Below are positions 37,000-52,300 of a DNA stretch of 64,000 nt, piece by piece. Location of the stretch: positions 32,822,226 to 32,886,225 of the forward strand of contig JBOZIK010000001.1 in assembly GCA_051453625.1 (NCBI GenBank), read 5' to 3'. The stretch comes from Welwitschia mirabilis. Its lineage: Eukaryota. The notes under the pieces were generated by a model, which was not told where the DNA came from, searched no databases, and saw nothing but the letters and a program-made list of their open reading frames with translations. The translations under genes and the position numbers were made by a program. The stretch's first letter is position 1, and each line of letters starts with the position of its first letter.

Positions 37000-39250
37000 G
37001 TGGATAAAGTTGTAAGTTAGAGGGGTACATGTTTTATATGTTCTTATTGATAACAAATGATTATTAATGAATTTCCTTGAGTAGTAGAATTTAGATATGT
37101 AAGCCTGAGTCTTCTTATGATCTTATTTTGTACTTCAACTATTAAAATGACTTTTTTTCTACTGTTGTAAGGTTAAACCAATAATATATTTTCTGATTAG
37201 TAATCCCATCTTCTTTAGGACTTGTTTCTCCTACAAATGTTGACAGTGCTATTGGTCTAAGTAGTAGCATCAATTTTCTCAAGTAGCTTGAATTATGTGA
37301 AAGTTGAGTAGTCTATAGTAATCTATAATTGATATTTTAAGTATCACTATTTGTTAGTTACATTTTAGAGATTACAAGATTAAAACTCAGTTATAATAAT
37401 TTAATAATAGTCATGGTATTTATAACCTTAAAATACATTATTTACTAAATTTTAATGGGTCAAATATGTGAAAATTCATGTGTAAGCATTTTCTTAATGA
37501 TTTTTAGATTTTCCCCTCTAAGTCGTTACTTTCCATAGGTAAAAAATTTCTAAAAAAAGGAATTCATTAAGTTCTTTACATCTATGTTTTTTTATGTCAT
37601 CTTTGTTATCCTTTTTAATCTTATGTGTGGGTTGAGATTTAGAGTCAGATGTAAATGGATCTTATCTTGATTATTAAAAATTTTCATTTATTTTTGTAAT
37701 ACTTCTAAGTAAGATAGCATTTCCTCTATAACTTTTTCTTGTCCTCCAACCATGTAGATTTCTTTTAAGTTAGGTATAGGTTGAGATAGAAGCTTATAAC
37801 TATCTTCTTAGTTATTTAAAGATAAACAAGTGCAAACTAATTTGTAAGAGTTGATTCATTCCTTGCATTAGATGTTGAATATTTTGTGCCATTTAGTTAC
37901 TGATTTCAATTTGTTTATTATTACTAACTAGAAAATCTTTAACAAATTATTTTAGAATATTCTATAGTGGCTTGCCTTGAGGTTAAGTATATCTTTATGA
38001 AGTGAATGCTTCATTTTGTTGAGATTTATAAGAAAAACTATGGTGATTTTTCCATTTTGAATTGTATAAGTCTTCATAGAAAAATGATGATTGTTTTTAT
38101 TATTCCAAAAAGGGACTCTTATGTTAAACAACATTTACTAACTTAGCCACTATACATTTGTATATAGAAATAGAAGACATTCATTTGTTTTTTATTTGTC
38201 TAAAGTACATATAACACATATAATAACTCCATTACCATTACATGGTTTAAATATTCTAAGGTATTATAAGAGGTTAACTATGGTGTTTTGTTTTTCATCC
38301 ATGTTAGTTTCATCATCTAGTTTGTAAATCCATCTTCTTATGTCTTTACTAGATGATTAGGTTTATCTAGCCATCTCTTTAATTATATATGGTCTCTTTC
38401 AATTTTTGGAACCTTTAGCTATGTTTTCTAAAGTATCCTAGGTTTCTTTAGATTCTTTAGAAGAAAAGGTTCCTCCAATAATCATTTCAATTAATTTTAT
38501 ACTTTATGATGTTAATTCTTTATAGTAAAAGTCTGTTATTCTCTATGTTTTAAAATCATGTTACAGCATTTAATCCACAAGTTCTTAAAACATTTGAATT
38601 CATTATAAAATATCCCATAATCTATTTTATAAATATACAATCTTACATCTTAATTCATTTTTTTCTTTATGTTGGAAAGTAGCTCTTTAAAAATGGTTGA
38701 TTACAATCTTACAATAACTTAATTGAAAAGGGTTTTGATGAATGTAGCTATGAGTTAGATTTCCTTTTAAATGAACAGTGAAATAGGTTCATCCTAATTC
38801 TATTATTTTGATCACCTATGATTAATACTATAGCTTAAATTAACATGTATATTCATCAGAGTCTTTTGAATCAAAACCATAAAAGTCTAAGCAATAAATA
38901 GATTATGGTTAGTTTTCTTTTAAGTTGACTTATTGAGAAGACAAAATCATACATGAAGTTGTAGTTAAATTCTTAGGTGGTCATAAAGCTTTCAATGTTC
39001 TCCTAGTCTACATTGATATACACCTCTATTAGTATTATAAATAGTTCTTTTTTTAAAATAAATCCCTAAGTTTTAAGTTGAAGTTTTACCTATTTATAAT
39101 ATGGGGCTAGAGTAGTTGTCATTAGAGTTATTTAGTTATCAAAGTTATTTAATATTGGTTCAAGTTGATGTTACTCTTCATTAGTTTTTTTATGGGCTCA
39201 ACTAGTGATAGTCTTAACCTAATAATGCATGGCATTAAGATCAATAGGAA
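37000..39250 (+). mobile_element. Very degenerate L1 ORF2 remnant
   Basis: Only ghost motifs remain (EKGFDE at ~38725, like KAFD; a QG.PL-like segment at ~39160). Confidence 0.3.
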
Positions 39251-40936
39251 AAAATTTAAAATATCTTTCGAATAAAAAATAATGCATAATACTAAAAGAT
39301 GTAGTTTCCAATTCAAACACATAATTTTTCTGCAAATAGAATGATAACGGTAGCTAGATTAAAATGCATATATGATGTAAAATAAATAGTAAACAAATAA
39401 TAACATTATATAATTTTTCATAAGGTGATTTGCAAAAAAATTTACAAAAACTNNNNNNNNNNNNNNNNNNNNNNNNNNNNNNNNNNNNNNNNNNNNNNNN
39501 NNNNNNNNNNNNNNNNNNNNNNNNNNNNNNNNNNNNNNNNNNNNNNNNNNNNNNNNNNNNNNNNNNNNNNNNNNNNNNNNNNNNNNNNNNNNNNNNNNNN
39601 NNNNNNNNNNNNNNNNNNNNNNNNNNNNNNNNNNNNNNNNNNNNNNNNNNNNNNNNNNNNNNNNNNNNNNNNNNNNNNNNNNNNNNNNNNNNNNNNNNNN
39701 NNNNNNNNNNNNNNNNNNNNNNNNNNNNNNNNNNNNNNNNNNNNNNNNNNNNNNNNNNNNNNNNNNNNNNNNNNNNNNNNNNNNNNNNNNNNNNNNNNNN
39801 NNNNNNNNNNNNNNNNNNNNNNNNNNNNNNNNNNNNNNNNNNNNNNNNNNNNNNNNNNNNNNNNNNNNNNNNNNNNNNNNNNNNNNNNNNNNNNNNNNNN
39901 NNNNNNNNNNNNNNNNNNNNNNNNNNNNNNNNNNNNNNNNNNNNNNNNNNNNNNNNNNNNNNNNNNNNNNNNNNNNNNNNNNNNNNNNNNAACTAAAATC
40001 TTAAAAAACAATAGAAAAGATAAATTTGTTGACATTAAATCACACAGTGCAGATAGATATACGAACTTTAATGGATAGTTAATCTCCTATTCTATCTGCA
40101 TCTAAGACTAGCAAAACAACATAGAATATACTTGGATAAAAGTAAGATAAAACATAGATAATCTAAGATGAATGATTCATAGATCCAAGATTCTACACTT
40201 TAGATGCTACTAGTCTTTATAAAATAGAAAATTATTTTGTAATTTTAAGAGCAAAAAATCTAAAAAGAAAGCTTAAAAGTTTCAAAAAATAAATTAAATT
40301 TTTATAAGCTAGGGAATACCAATTATAAACCCAATAATAATGACAAAAAATTACTACATCTTGACAATTATTATGGTTTGTAATACTTAAATTTATGTCT
40401 TGGTAATTAAGGCATAAAAAGCAAGTTCAAATTTATAAAACTAGAGTACTTATTTTAATATAGCAAATCCTATTCTTCCATAGGACTACAAGGGAATTTT
40501 AGAGCCCATAAAGGATTAGGTCTATTTAGAAAAGGTATGTCTGATGTACGTTTAAATTAAATTGGAAAAAAGGTTAACTGTGTTTTTATTATTCTCCTAT
40601 GTACTAAGAATCATTGCTCACGGAATAAACTACGAGGCAAGATTAACTTTCACATAAAATGGTTTCACAGATATGTTATAAATTATTCACTACAGACTTC
40701 AAATGACATAAGTGCAACTAGCTTAGAGATGACTCGTCTAATAGTGAGATGTAAAAAATACTAGGACATCACAAAATATGTCATAACAATGAACATATTA
40801 ATTATCTAAATCTTAACGATACATTGAAGAAAACAACTCTAAATTACAATTCTAAAAGAATTTTTAAAATGAACTAGTGCATAACTAGTAATCATATTTA
40901 TACCAATAATGAAATAAAAAATAGATTTAATCATAG

Positions 40937-41298
40937 TGTTAGGCTAACTCCTTTTACCAAAAATCCATGACTAATGAGAAACCTAGCTGAATTCCTATAA
41001 CACTAAGAATTTCACCCGTCTCTAATATGAATTTGAGGATTAAACCTTTTATAGTGTTCTAATTCTTACATATTCAACATTTCTTAGTTTGATGAAGGCA
41101 TAAGGGACTCATTATATTTTATGCTCACCTAGTGTATTTGCCAATACTCAAACTCAAGACTTGGGAATTGATACATTATTAGGTTATATAATTTTACCCA
41201 TAACAGATGAGTAGCCTAGCTAGATGTATCTAATTCTTAATATACTTGATCAATACATAAATTAAAGTTCATTACCTAGTAATACAAATATTATAACA
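40937..41298 (-). mobile_element. Second, older TRIM
   Basis: Diverged LTRs at 40937-41079 and 41177-41298 (TGTTAGG/TATTAGG...AACA); PBS remnant at 41163-41176; TSD CATAG/AATAG (4/5). The LTR end TAGTCATGGATTTTTGGT...CCTAACA resembles the first TRIM. Confidence 0.65.
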
Positions 41299-41779
41299 AA
41301 TAGTAATATTAGAGCCTTTAGCTTAACAAGATAGATGCTCAAGAAAAAATACTTTTATCATGCATAAGGAGGAAGAAAAGAGGCTTAAGACAAGCCCTCA
41401 TGATAGTCATGCAAACAATAGATTAGAAAAAAATAGAATTCACATATGAAGACATTCATGAAATGAAACATGAATTAAATATCTCAATCCTTGAAGTAGC
41501 TATAATTATATATCATAAGGTTTAGCAGCAGATTACAAGTGTGTGTACTTGATAGGTTAGGATATATACAATCTAGTGATGATGGAGTTTCTCAGGTTGT
41601 AACATTAGTCACATTCATCCACAGTCTTCTTAAGATATTCTATAGGATTTTAATTATTAATTTTAATTTTTATTAATTTTATAAGTTTATTTGAGTAATG
41701 AATTAACTACTTTTTAATCTAGGTTCTCCATAACCTATCTTCTTATAAAACATCTATGGCATAAATGGTCTGGATAGTA

Positions 41780-44700
41780 GCACCGATGTTCTTGGATTAT
41801 TTGTCAAAGTTTAAGGTTGGGCAACTTAGGATGATTTATAAGTTAAAATTTAAGTACTGATCCTTTTCAATAATAATTTAAAAATTATAAGGATTAAACT
41901 TTGATAATGATAATTTAATGTTAAAAATGACAATTATATTCTTAAAATATGTTTTTTTGTGCTTTATTCCCTTGTCAATTTATTATCGCAATATATTTTT
42001 TCTTTATCATCATATTTAAGGAAATATTCTAAGTAATGATATTAAGGGAATTATTTTCTTGAATACCAATAATAAAATTCTTAATATGCCCTTTTTTGGT
42101 TATCCTTTTTTAAGTTAATGATAATAATGTTAATATTAATTAACTTTTATATCAACTTGAAAAATATTACTTTATTTTAAACTCTTTTATTAATTAGTGA
42201 GAATTAATTTTCTATAGATTCATAAGAAGTTATAGGATCTACCAAGTGAAAGAAGGAAGCTGATACATGATTAATATAATTCTTTTAGTTTTCAAGCTTT
42301 TCTTTCTTCCCTTTGGAACTAGATTCTTGTTAAAGTTTAATAAAAAGTAAAGAAATGAAAAAGAATATCTCCTATCTAGTAGGTAATTTCTTGGTTTTTA
42401 AGGCTATTCTAGCTTTTATTAATGTTTATTATTCCTCTCATTAGGAAAATTTTTAGTTTCTGACCAAAATTTAGAGCATCTATTTAGGAATCTCATATGG
42501 TCATTTAAATACTCCTATAAAGGAATTCATCATGTAACCTAGGATGTAACTACTTTACCTTGAAAACAAGGTGGTTTAGATTTTATGAATTCTTTTAAGG
42601 AAGGTCTTACATGAAGGGCTTAAGTGGCTTTTTTAGCATCTAGATCCTCAAAATATTATTGGAAAATTATTACAGCTTCATCTTTAATAAGATTTTTGTA
42701 AAAATAAATCCTTTCGAAAGGGCATTCATTTTATTAATGGAATTTTCTTTTTGAAAAAGCTTAATCTTCTAGATACACATGTTTTTTATAGTATTTAGAG
42801 AGCTTATAAAATATTACATTAATAAACTAATTGGTAAAATATTTATATGCATTTAAATCTTCTTACTTATTTTTCCTTTATGGTTATCACTGCAGCTTAT
42901 TGTAATTGCTTCCTCAACTTATTGATTTTAAAAAGACATAGCCTCTCTTAATTTCTTGAGGCTAGGAGGTCAATAGATTTCCTAGGAAAAATTCAAAACT
43001 CTCTATAGTGGCCTTTCATCATGTAGCATTTATTTTTTAGAATCTATAGTTTTCTTCTTTAGCATATGAATTTATACAATGCTAAGTAAAATTTTGTTGA
43101 GAATGTCAACTAGAATAATAGCTTACTAATTTAATCATATAATCCTTTCACTTCTTTCTAGTTACTTCATAGTTCGTTAGTTTTTATTACTTACTGTAAC
43201 GAAATTTAGCATAAACCAGAAAATAAACATTTGGAAACTTATTATGCTTTCAAAATTTAAATACTTTCTTTGGTACTTTTTTCATTAAGATTCATCTTTT
43301 ACTAGTATGCTTTAGTATAGTGGTATATTTAACTTAGTGTGCCATTAATGTGATATATCTAAAATTTCAAGTCATGTTATTTGATAATGCACTTATTCCA
43401 AAAATACCTAGATTTGGATGTGCAAAATCCTCTAAAACATTCAACTTGCAGAAAATGTATTATTCTTTAGCTTTCTACCAAGTACCAATATTCATTTTAA
43501 ACTTCTTCAGAGAGTTATTCATCTTATTAGTTTATATAAAATTTGGAAGAACAAATGTAATTTAATATTTCATAAGATAGAGTATTCCTTTTCCCTCATT
43601 TAAGTATTCAAAGGTAAACTACTATTCTACAAAATGTTTATTTTTATCTTCAAATTTAATTGGATAAGGTCTAACTTAAGGTTTAAATACCTAATGTAGC
43701 TTCTAGAGGAGTGGTTAGGTAGACCATTCATGGTTAATCGACTGTCTCATAAAGACCCTATTTTTCTAAATACCTCATGTGATTAGTCATAGTCACAAAA
43801 TTAGAATTTAAAAGTTTCATCTAATGTATTTTATTTAAATATTATTTAGTTGTTCTCTTTATTTTGATTAGACTGACAACTTCGTATTAAGGTCATCATG
43901 CCTTATCTTTTTTAATTGCAATGAAAACATTTTCCTAGGAATCAACATCCCCCTTGAAATATATTGTTTACTAAAATTTATGGATCCAAGTATATAAAAA
44001 TTCAAGTGTAAACAACTATACTTTAACTTTGTAAGATGAACTTTGGTATGGTTTTATATCTAACTATCTTATTACACATAAATTATTTGATCAACTCAAG
44101 ATAAAGGGCATTTCTTGCATAAGGCTAATAAATATTTCTAGGATGATCCTAACTATCCAAATATTATTTTGTTTAAATCATTTGTAGATGCATTCCATAA
44201 TTTAGAATTATAAAACTTTTAAAATTTACATTGATAATATTTGTGGAGGTCACTTTTGGGCCCAAAGAAAAAAGTTCTTGTAAGCTTTTACAATGTGAAT
44301 TAAATTTTTCTACTGTATTTAAAGATGCTTATGAATATTACAAGTTTATTTATAATTATCAACATTTAGGTAGCCTTAAAAAAAGAAATATGATGTTTGT
44401 TTCTCCTATTTGAGTTGTTGAATCTTTTGACATATAGTATTTAGGCTTTATTGAGCCATTTTCTCCATATTTTGATCATCTTTACATCTTGGTTTATGTT
44501 GATTACATTAGTAAGTAGTATGAATGCATTCTAATTTAAACTAATGATGGTAGAATGGTTATTAAATTTTTGAAAGGGATTCATCCTACCTTGATAACTC
44601 TATAGCTCTTATTAATGATGAAGGTACACATTTTTATAACTAAATTACAAATAATCATATGTTGAGATGTAGTATTCTACATAAATTTTCTACTCCGTAT

Positions 44701-45900
44701 CATCCACAAACCAATGGTAAAGTAGAAATTACCAATCATGATTTAAAGAGAATTTTATAAAAAATTTTAATTCTAAAAGAAAATATTTGTCACTTCATCT
44801 TAATAATGCTTTCACCTTTATTAGAATGTTCTTTTATAGNNNNNNNNNNNNNNNNNNNNNNNNNNNNNNNNNNNNNNNNNNNNNNNNNNNNNNNNNNNNN
44901 NNNNNNNNNNNNNNNNNNNNNNNNNNNNNNNNNNNNNNNNNNNNNNNNNNNNNNNNNNNNNNNNNNNNNNNNNNNNNNNNNNNNNNNNNNNNNNNNNNNN
45001 NNNNNNNNNNNNNNNNNNNNNNNNNNNNNNNNNNNNNNNNNNNNNNNNNNNNNNNNNNNNNNNNNNNNNNNNNNNNNNNNNNNNNNNNNNNNNNNNNNNN
45101 NNNNNNNNNNNNNNNNNNNNNNNNNNNNNNNNNNNNNNNNNNNNNNNNNNNNNNNNNNNNNNNNNNNNNNNNNNNNNNNNNNNNNNNNNNNNNNNNNNNN
45201 NNNNNNNNNNNNNNNNNNNNNNNNNNNNNNNNNNNNNNNNNNNNNNNNNNNNNNNNNNNNNNNNNNNNNNNNNNNNNNNNNNNNNNNNNNNNNNNNNNNN
45301 NNNNNNNNNNNNNNNNNNNNNNNNNNNNNNNNNNNNNNNNNNNNNNNNNNNNNNNNNNNNNNNNNNNNNNNNNNNNNNNNNNNNNNNNNNNNNNNNNNNN
45401 NNNNNNNNNNNNNNNNNNNNNNNNNNNNNNNNNNNNNNNNNNNNNNNNNNNNNNNNNNNNNNNNNNNNNNNNNNNNNNNNNNNNNNNNNNNNNNNNNNNN
45501 NNNNNNNNNNNNCTCTCTAAGCTATTAAGTGGCTTAACCATAATATTGATGAAGCTTTAAAATTTAGGGATATTAGTCTTAATGATATTAAAGAAATTAG
45601 AAATGAATTCTATAAGAACTATCATACTCAAAAAGAAAGGATTAAAAAAAATACCATGATGCTTATATTATTAAAAACTCCTTTAATCCTAGTACTTAGG
45701 ATTTTTTAATATATTTTACACATGTATTTATTTTTTTGTAAGTTGATATCTAAATGAGCTAGATATTTCAAAGCTCAAGATATATTTTCACATGAAGCTA
45801 TTATAATCTTAAACCTAGCTACCAAAAATACATTTGAAGTTAATAGACAAAGATAAAATCATATAATTTATCTATTACTTTTAAAGATACTTTCCTAGAA
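41780..45900 (+). mobile_element. Ty3/Gypsy Athila-like (non-chromovirus) pol remnant, interrupted by an L1 fragment and a gap
   Basis: Integrase reads CGGHF..KLLQC..VFKDAYEY..QHLGSLKKRNMM..VVESFDI..YILVYVDYISK..NDGRMVIKFLK..DEGTHFYN..TPYHPQTNGKVEITN (44240-44800), with its C-terminal part at 45560-45870. A weak protease-like region lies at 41780-42150. Confidence 0.8.
42330..43700 (+). mobile_element. 5'-truncated L1 (C-terminal ORF2 and 3' end)
   Basis: RNLIWS..KGIHHVT*DVTTLP*KQGGLDF..AKWLF; homologous to the reverse complement of 48300-49450. Confidence 0.65.
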
Positions 45901-48099
45901 CTCGTTAACTATTCATAAATTATTTGCATTGTTTAATAGGATATGTTAGTTTAGAATAATAAGAATTAAAAATCATGCAGGGAGATAAACTACTTAAAAG
46001 ATATTAAGTGATATTGATAGTAAAAATTTCCTGTTTGTAAGGATGTACCTTATTTTTCCCTATTAATGATGTTAATATGAATAGATCTTAGTCTCATGTC
46101 TTAGTTTTGGGAATGTTTATGGTTTCTAATATCAAATTAAATAATGTTATTCTTAATATCATATTTTTTAATACCTTATAATTTGGGGAAAATGTTGATT
46201 TAGATAATAATTACTTTGCCTTCACATATTGGCTATGGTTCATGAGGCATAATTTTAAGGACAAACATTCCTTTTGATTTGTCCTTATGATCTAATGATT
46301 TGTGATGCTTGGAAATGTTCAAATCTTTTAAGCTTAATGTGAATTTATATTTAATTCAAAAGTCTTTATGACTAAATTTGTTATCCAAGCATGCATGGTA
46401 CATTTTAGTGGATGGAATAATCACGTTACAATTAGCATAATAGAGTATGTACTTGTGTGTATATACCATTCCATGGCAAATAACATGATCATTCTCTTAC
46501 TAGATGAGTATATACTTATACGTATGAGCACCAGCACCTTCATAATGCAATCTTGGTTAACTATCTTGGAAGGTGAAAGTTGTCACTATATACTACTCCT
46601 TGGTTATGGAGTTGTATTGCATTATATGCTAAAAAGAGTTTTCCATTAGTAGTTTCTTGGATAACCATATTTGTAAAAGGAAATTAAGGTTATCATTGTG
46701 AGGTACCTAGAGAGAACTTTACATGTTATATGTCTAGATTTCATGTAGATTGAACATTTTCATTATTGAGTTAAAATCATCAACCTTCACTATCATTGAT
46801 TTTTGCTTTTTTTTCAAGTTAATATAAAATTAATTTATCTTAGTTTAATAATTTTTTCTTTTTATTAAAAATAAACTACCCTAGTTTCCAATTCTAGACC
46901 CATAAGAAATAATGTAAAACGTCATTCCTTTTTGGCTTATAATTCCCTTATACTCCTCAAAATAATAATAAATGACCTTTTTGATAACTATAATTAATCT
47001 TTTTACTTCCACGTATAACTTATCTAATAAACAAAAGCATTTTTCTACTTTGTATTTATCATGCTTCATTTCACCTCAACTGTCATTCAAAATAAATGAT
47101 CCATAACTTATATTCATCCTCCCATATATAGATACAAATTCCCAACCCTGCATTCAGAATGCTGCCTGTGCTTTTACTTTGCTCCATCTTTGCACTATTT
47201 TTTAGATATTAGTATTTGCTCCTACATCAAATTAAACTAGTGTTTCCATCTATTATACTAGTGCCATCATTTCTTTTCATTAAGACATATTGAAAGGATA
47301 GAATACTTCATTGTGGAAGTTATATTCTATTAATTTCTATAGAAATACACCATTAGTTATTATAGATCATGAAATTATAAGAGTAAAGAAGCATGACAAG
47401 CTAAGTTTATCTTTAAAACATGAAATGGGTATATCTAGGATTCCAAAATGGGGAAAAATGTAAAAATAAAAGAAAATGAAGAAAAAAGCAAAGGAGGAAG
47501 AGGAGGAGCAACCATAAGGGATTAATCACCCAGTCCTAGTTCTTTCTAAGAAAAAATATAACTTAGGAAATGGTGCTAAGAAAGTGTCAAAAATTTGTTG
47601 TAAAAGATTTGAAAAAATATGAGATAATACAAGAAAGAAATAACACAAAATATTGATAAGAATAAAAGTGAAGTAATGTTCAAACTTGATGATATTCATA
47701 GGAGCTAAACATCTAAAAAGGGATCTTTCTATGAAAGATCTTGAATATTTTCTTCTTTTACTTGATGTTATTTGCCTTTCTTTCTTTTTATAATGACTTA
47801 TTTAATGCCTTCTAATATTTTATTAAGATCAAATTATAGAAATATGTATGGTTTTATTTTATAATTTGAGGGTATATGAGTCCTTAACAAAGGTTTTCAC
47901 TAGTTCAGAATCAATCATTATGGCTTAAATAATATGTATGCTTTAAGAAACCAAAAGAAAAAAAACCTACATCCTCAAGACAAAGCTACTTGTTTGAATG
48001 AAATAAAGAATACAACTAAACATAATTCAAAGAAAATGTATTATATGAAAATTTTCAACTTTAATTTATAGGTTTCTAGATGAAGAGGAGCTTTAAGAG

Positions 48100-51000
48100 G
48101 AACTTTGGTAATCATGTATGATCCATTCAACTAATGCTTTAAAAGCTATATAAAATAATTAACCTCAAACTGAGTCTTCTCTATTTAAGTTTAAAGCTAA
48201 AATTTAGCATTTTGTAAAATGTTGATTTTCTCCTAGGAGGAAAGTACTCTATTTTATGAAATGTTAAATCAAATTTTCTTTTTCAAATTTGATACAAAGT
48301 AATAGAACAACTACCTGTTTAGAGAAACTTAAGTGAAATATTGGAATTTGGCAAAAAAGAAAATAATACCAAATTTTATGAAAGCTAAATCTTGTAGAGC
48401 ACTTTTCATGTTCAAATTAAGTGTTTTTAGCAAAAGGAAATTGTTAAAATACAAGAGTAAAATTTTCAAGTATACAATATTGAAGACATACTAGGTTAAG
48501 AATACCTAAATGTAGAAGTATGCTGCCAATATGTAAACCTTAATGAAGAAAGTACATAAGAAAATGCCTAATTCTTGGAAATGCTAAAAGTTTTTAAATT
48601 TTGCTAAAGATATTCATCTAGAAATGATCATTTTATTATTTATGCCAAATAATATTATAGGAAGCAACAAATTTAATGGAACAACTTGAAAGGAGATGAA
48701 TGCTTATATGATAAGACTATTGAGCCACTCTTCTAATAAATATCCTTAAGGAAATTTTCTGTGGTATTATTTAGACGCATGTACTAAGCACCATAGGGAG
48801 TTTTGACTTATTCTTAGGAAATCCTTTAACCTAGTAGCCTGAGGTAATCAAGAGACATAACACTTTTTTCAAAACCAACAACTTGCTAATCTAGAATCTA
48901 TGAAAGTGTTTTGAGTGAGTGAAAATAACATCCACCAAGGATGAATATAGTTAAGAATATTTGAATGCACAGAAATACTTTTTCAATAAATATATTAATC
49001 TAATATTTTTAAACTCTTTAAATATTATGAAAAACATATGTGTCTAGGATATTAAATTTTTATGGAGAGACAATACAATTAATAAAGTAAATGCCCTTTC
49101 AAATGTGTCTATTATTAGGAAAAGTTCATTGAAGTTGAAGATATAATAGGTTTCTAACAATATCTTAAGAATCTAGATGTTAAAAAAGTCACTTGTCCAC
49201 CAAAGTAATACCCTGCTTAAAAGAATTTATAAAATCTAAATGACCTTGTTATTTAAAAAAAGTATTTATATCCCATTCATTTGATGAAAACCTTTCTACA
49301 AAACTTTAAATGATCACATGAAATTATTAAATAAATTCTCTAATTTTTGTAGGTTAATTGAGAAGGTATTCAATAGGATGAATAATAAAAATGAGTAGAA
49401 TCTAGAATAGTCTCACAAAATAATAACTTACCTATTAAGGTAAGAGATTATGTTTTCAATTTCTCTATGGTGTTTATTCTAAAGAAAAGAAGGAGAAGCT
49501 TAAAACTAAAATTAAACCCTAGAATTTTAATAATGGCTTGATCTAGCATCAACTTTATTTTTTTAAATAAATTATAAGAATTTCTTATGAAGCTGTAGAC
49601 AAATGAATTTTAACCAATTCATAAAAGAGCTTGACAAAGAAAGATATTATTCAACTTGATAAAAATATTATTTAATATCAATAAAAGTATTATTAACTAA
49701 AAAGGATAAGTTATTAGAAAAGTGAATATTAGGAATCTAATTATTAGGATCAAGGAAAATGATATCCTTCATAGCCTTACTCTAAATATCCCATTGAATC
49801 TAATGATAAAGAAAATACACTACAATAATAAACACCTAAGGGGGTAAAGAACAAACTTGCCTTACTAAATGATAAATAGTAAAATTGGAACTAACATTAA
49901 AAATTTTTGCTATTTAAGAATTAGGTAGAAACCTAAAAAATTTAGAACTAAAACTAGCTTTGACATAATCTAAAGAATGAAATTCCACTTGATTTGATCA
50001 CAAGCCTTAGCATAAGCCACATTTAATAAAAAAACAACATATTTATTAGTATATTTTACCCATTACAAAACTTTTCATGCTATTACCACATTATTTAAGA
50101 TATACATTATAGGAATAAAGTCTATTTACTGTAGACTTATAATATCTAAAAGAAACCTCTTCAATGTTAAAGTCATATAATTATCCTAAATTTTATTTAT
50201 CACATGGAAAAGAGTAATCAGATGTTAATTATTGATATAAGCAAGATTGCTAGATTTGGAAAGAAGTCTAATAACTCTTGAATTTAAATAATGATCCCAA
50301 GATCCTATATCTATTATTTCTTGAATATCAGGTACCAATGAGATTATAATAAGCTTTGAAAAATTCAATTAAAAAACAATCATACCCTAAAGCTTTATCA
50401 TTACTCATTCAAAAGAAAGCTTATTTTACTTCATGTTAGCTTCTAACTTGTGAAATAATAGAAGTAATCAAGATGAGAAAGGATGAAGTAGCCTTTTCAA
50501 AAGATAAAGTGTCCATAAAAGTAGCTTGAAATAATTGTGCAAAGTAATCCCTCAAATAAGAAACAAGATTATCAAGATAAGAAAATAGTATCACTATTAA
50601 AAAAGAGTTGATGTAAAGGATGAATAGAATATGATTTATTTCAATATTTTGAATGTCTTTATAACTTTTATCTTGAATTTTAAGTCAAGAAAGGTAAGTT
50701 TTAATAATAACACTTTCTACTTGATAAACATGCCTATTATGAAAGGCTAAGTTGGCTATAGCCAATCTAACATGAATTATCGCATCGAATATATCATAGA
50801 GAAGTTTATAAAATAATTCTTGAACTATTTATTTAATCTTATTATATTCCAATTTTGCATGAAAAGTACTTCTTGTCCAAAATGTCTTACAAAATTACAC
50901 ACACAACACATAACTATATGCCATAATTAAATTCAAATTATAGGATCAAATTCCAAAGTTTTTAAAGAATACTTTGAGTAGTTGAAAAGGAAATGATACT

Positions 51001-52300
51001 AGCATGAAATCAAAATAACTGATATGTAGTATTGATAGAACTATCATTAATTACAATTTTAATTTAAATTAGAAAATGATTTAATAGTTTAACATGTTGA
51101 ATAACATTAACATAATAACCTGCCTTCCAAAAAGAAAGTGTGGAGAAATAAAACCTATCTAATATAATGACAATGTGAGCTTATTTAAGATAGCATTTGC
51201 TTCAATTATGTTTGTGAAGAATATGATTCAACTTATCTTCATTTAAATTTGATAGACATAACTTTGTTTTTAAATAAATAAATGGTAATGTTCCTACTTT
51301 GCAATGAAAAAAGAAATGCCTTCAAGTCTATTATTAGAAAACTCAACCATGTTGAAATCACTATCAAATAACCATGGAATAAAGGAAAGTAAATAAGAAG
51401 CTCTTTCCATTCAAAAAACATAATATTCTCTAAGCCATTTTAGTCATAAATTTAAAAAATATCAAAATAACCATACGATAAGAAAGAAGTAGCTCAAGCA
51501 TCAAATTTTCAAATTTTGAGTGAGACTAAATAATTTTATCTTTTTAAAAAGAAGTGTAAAGGATATTAGCACCTCCTCATTCTTGTTAATGAGTAGTAGC
51601 ATTGAATGAAGCAATAATCAGTGTGTTAAAATATGATTATTAATAAGAAATCTTAATTTCCTGAAGAAGAATAAAGTTGGAAGAAGTACCTAAACTAGAA
51701 AGAACATCTCTAACACATATACATTGGAGCTCATTAGTGAGACCCTAGACATTCCATGATAGAGTATTCATATTATAATAGAGGAGGTTTTATTTAGATC
51801 ATCTCCTAAAAGATCCATATAAACCTAATAATCAACATCCATGTTGTTCATAAAAATTTGAAAAGAATTACCTATATTTGTTGGGCATTCAAAAGAAGAA
51901 GAATCTAAACAAATAAAAAATTGAGCCCTCATGGAGAAGGCATTTACTCATTTTGACTACGTAACTTTAAAAAATCTATTAAGATTTGCTACATGTTCAA
52001 ACAAAACTAAAATTGATATTAATAAGGAAGAATCTATAGATTTCTACTGGTATTAAAGCTAACTTGAGGTTGTTGTTAAGTGGAAGTACATTATAAATGT
52101 TATTTATTAATAATAGTAGCCAAAGTGAAAATATTATAAGAGAAAAAACAAGTTTACAAAAAACAAATTTACCAGAGAAAGGCTAGAAAGTAGAAAGTAG
52201 AACATATCACTTTTCTAAAAACTCACCCAATTATTTCTTATGAATTAAAAAACAGCACATAGAAACATGATGTTTTTTAGGATGACAAGAACTGCAAGAG
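48100..52300 (-). mobile_element. Degenerate L1 ORF2, same family as 42330-43700
   Basis: Minus-strand EFFKAYYNLIG (~50360) and a GDDLN endonuclease-like motif (~51810); nucleotide homology to 42330-43560. Confidence 0.6.
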
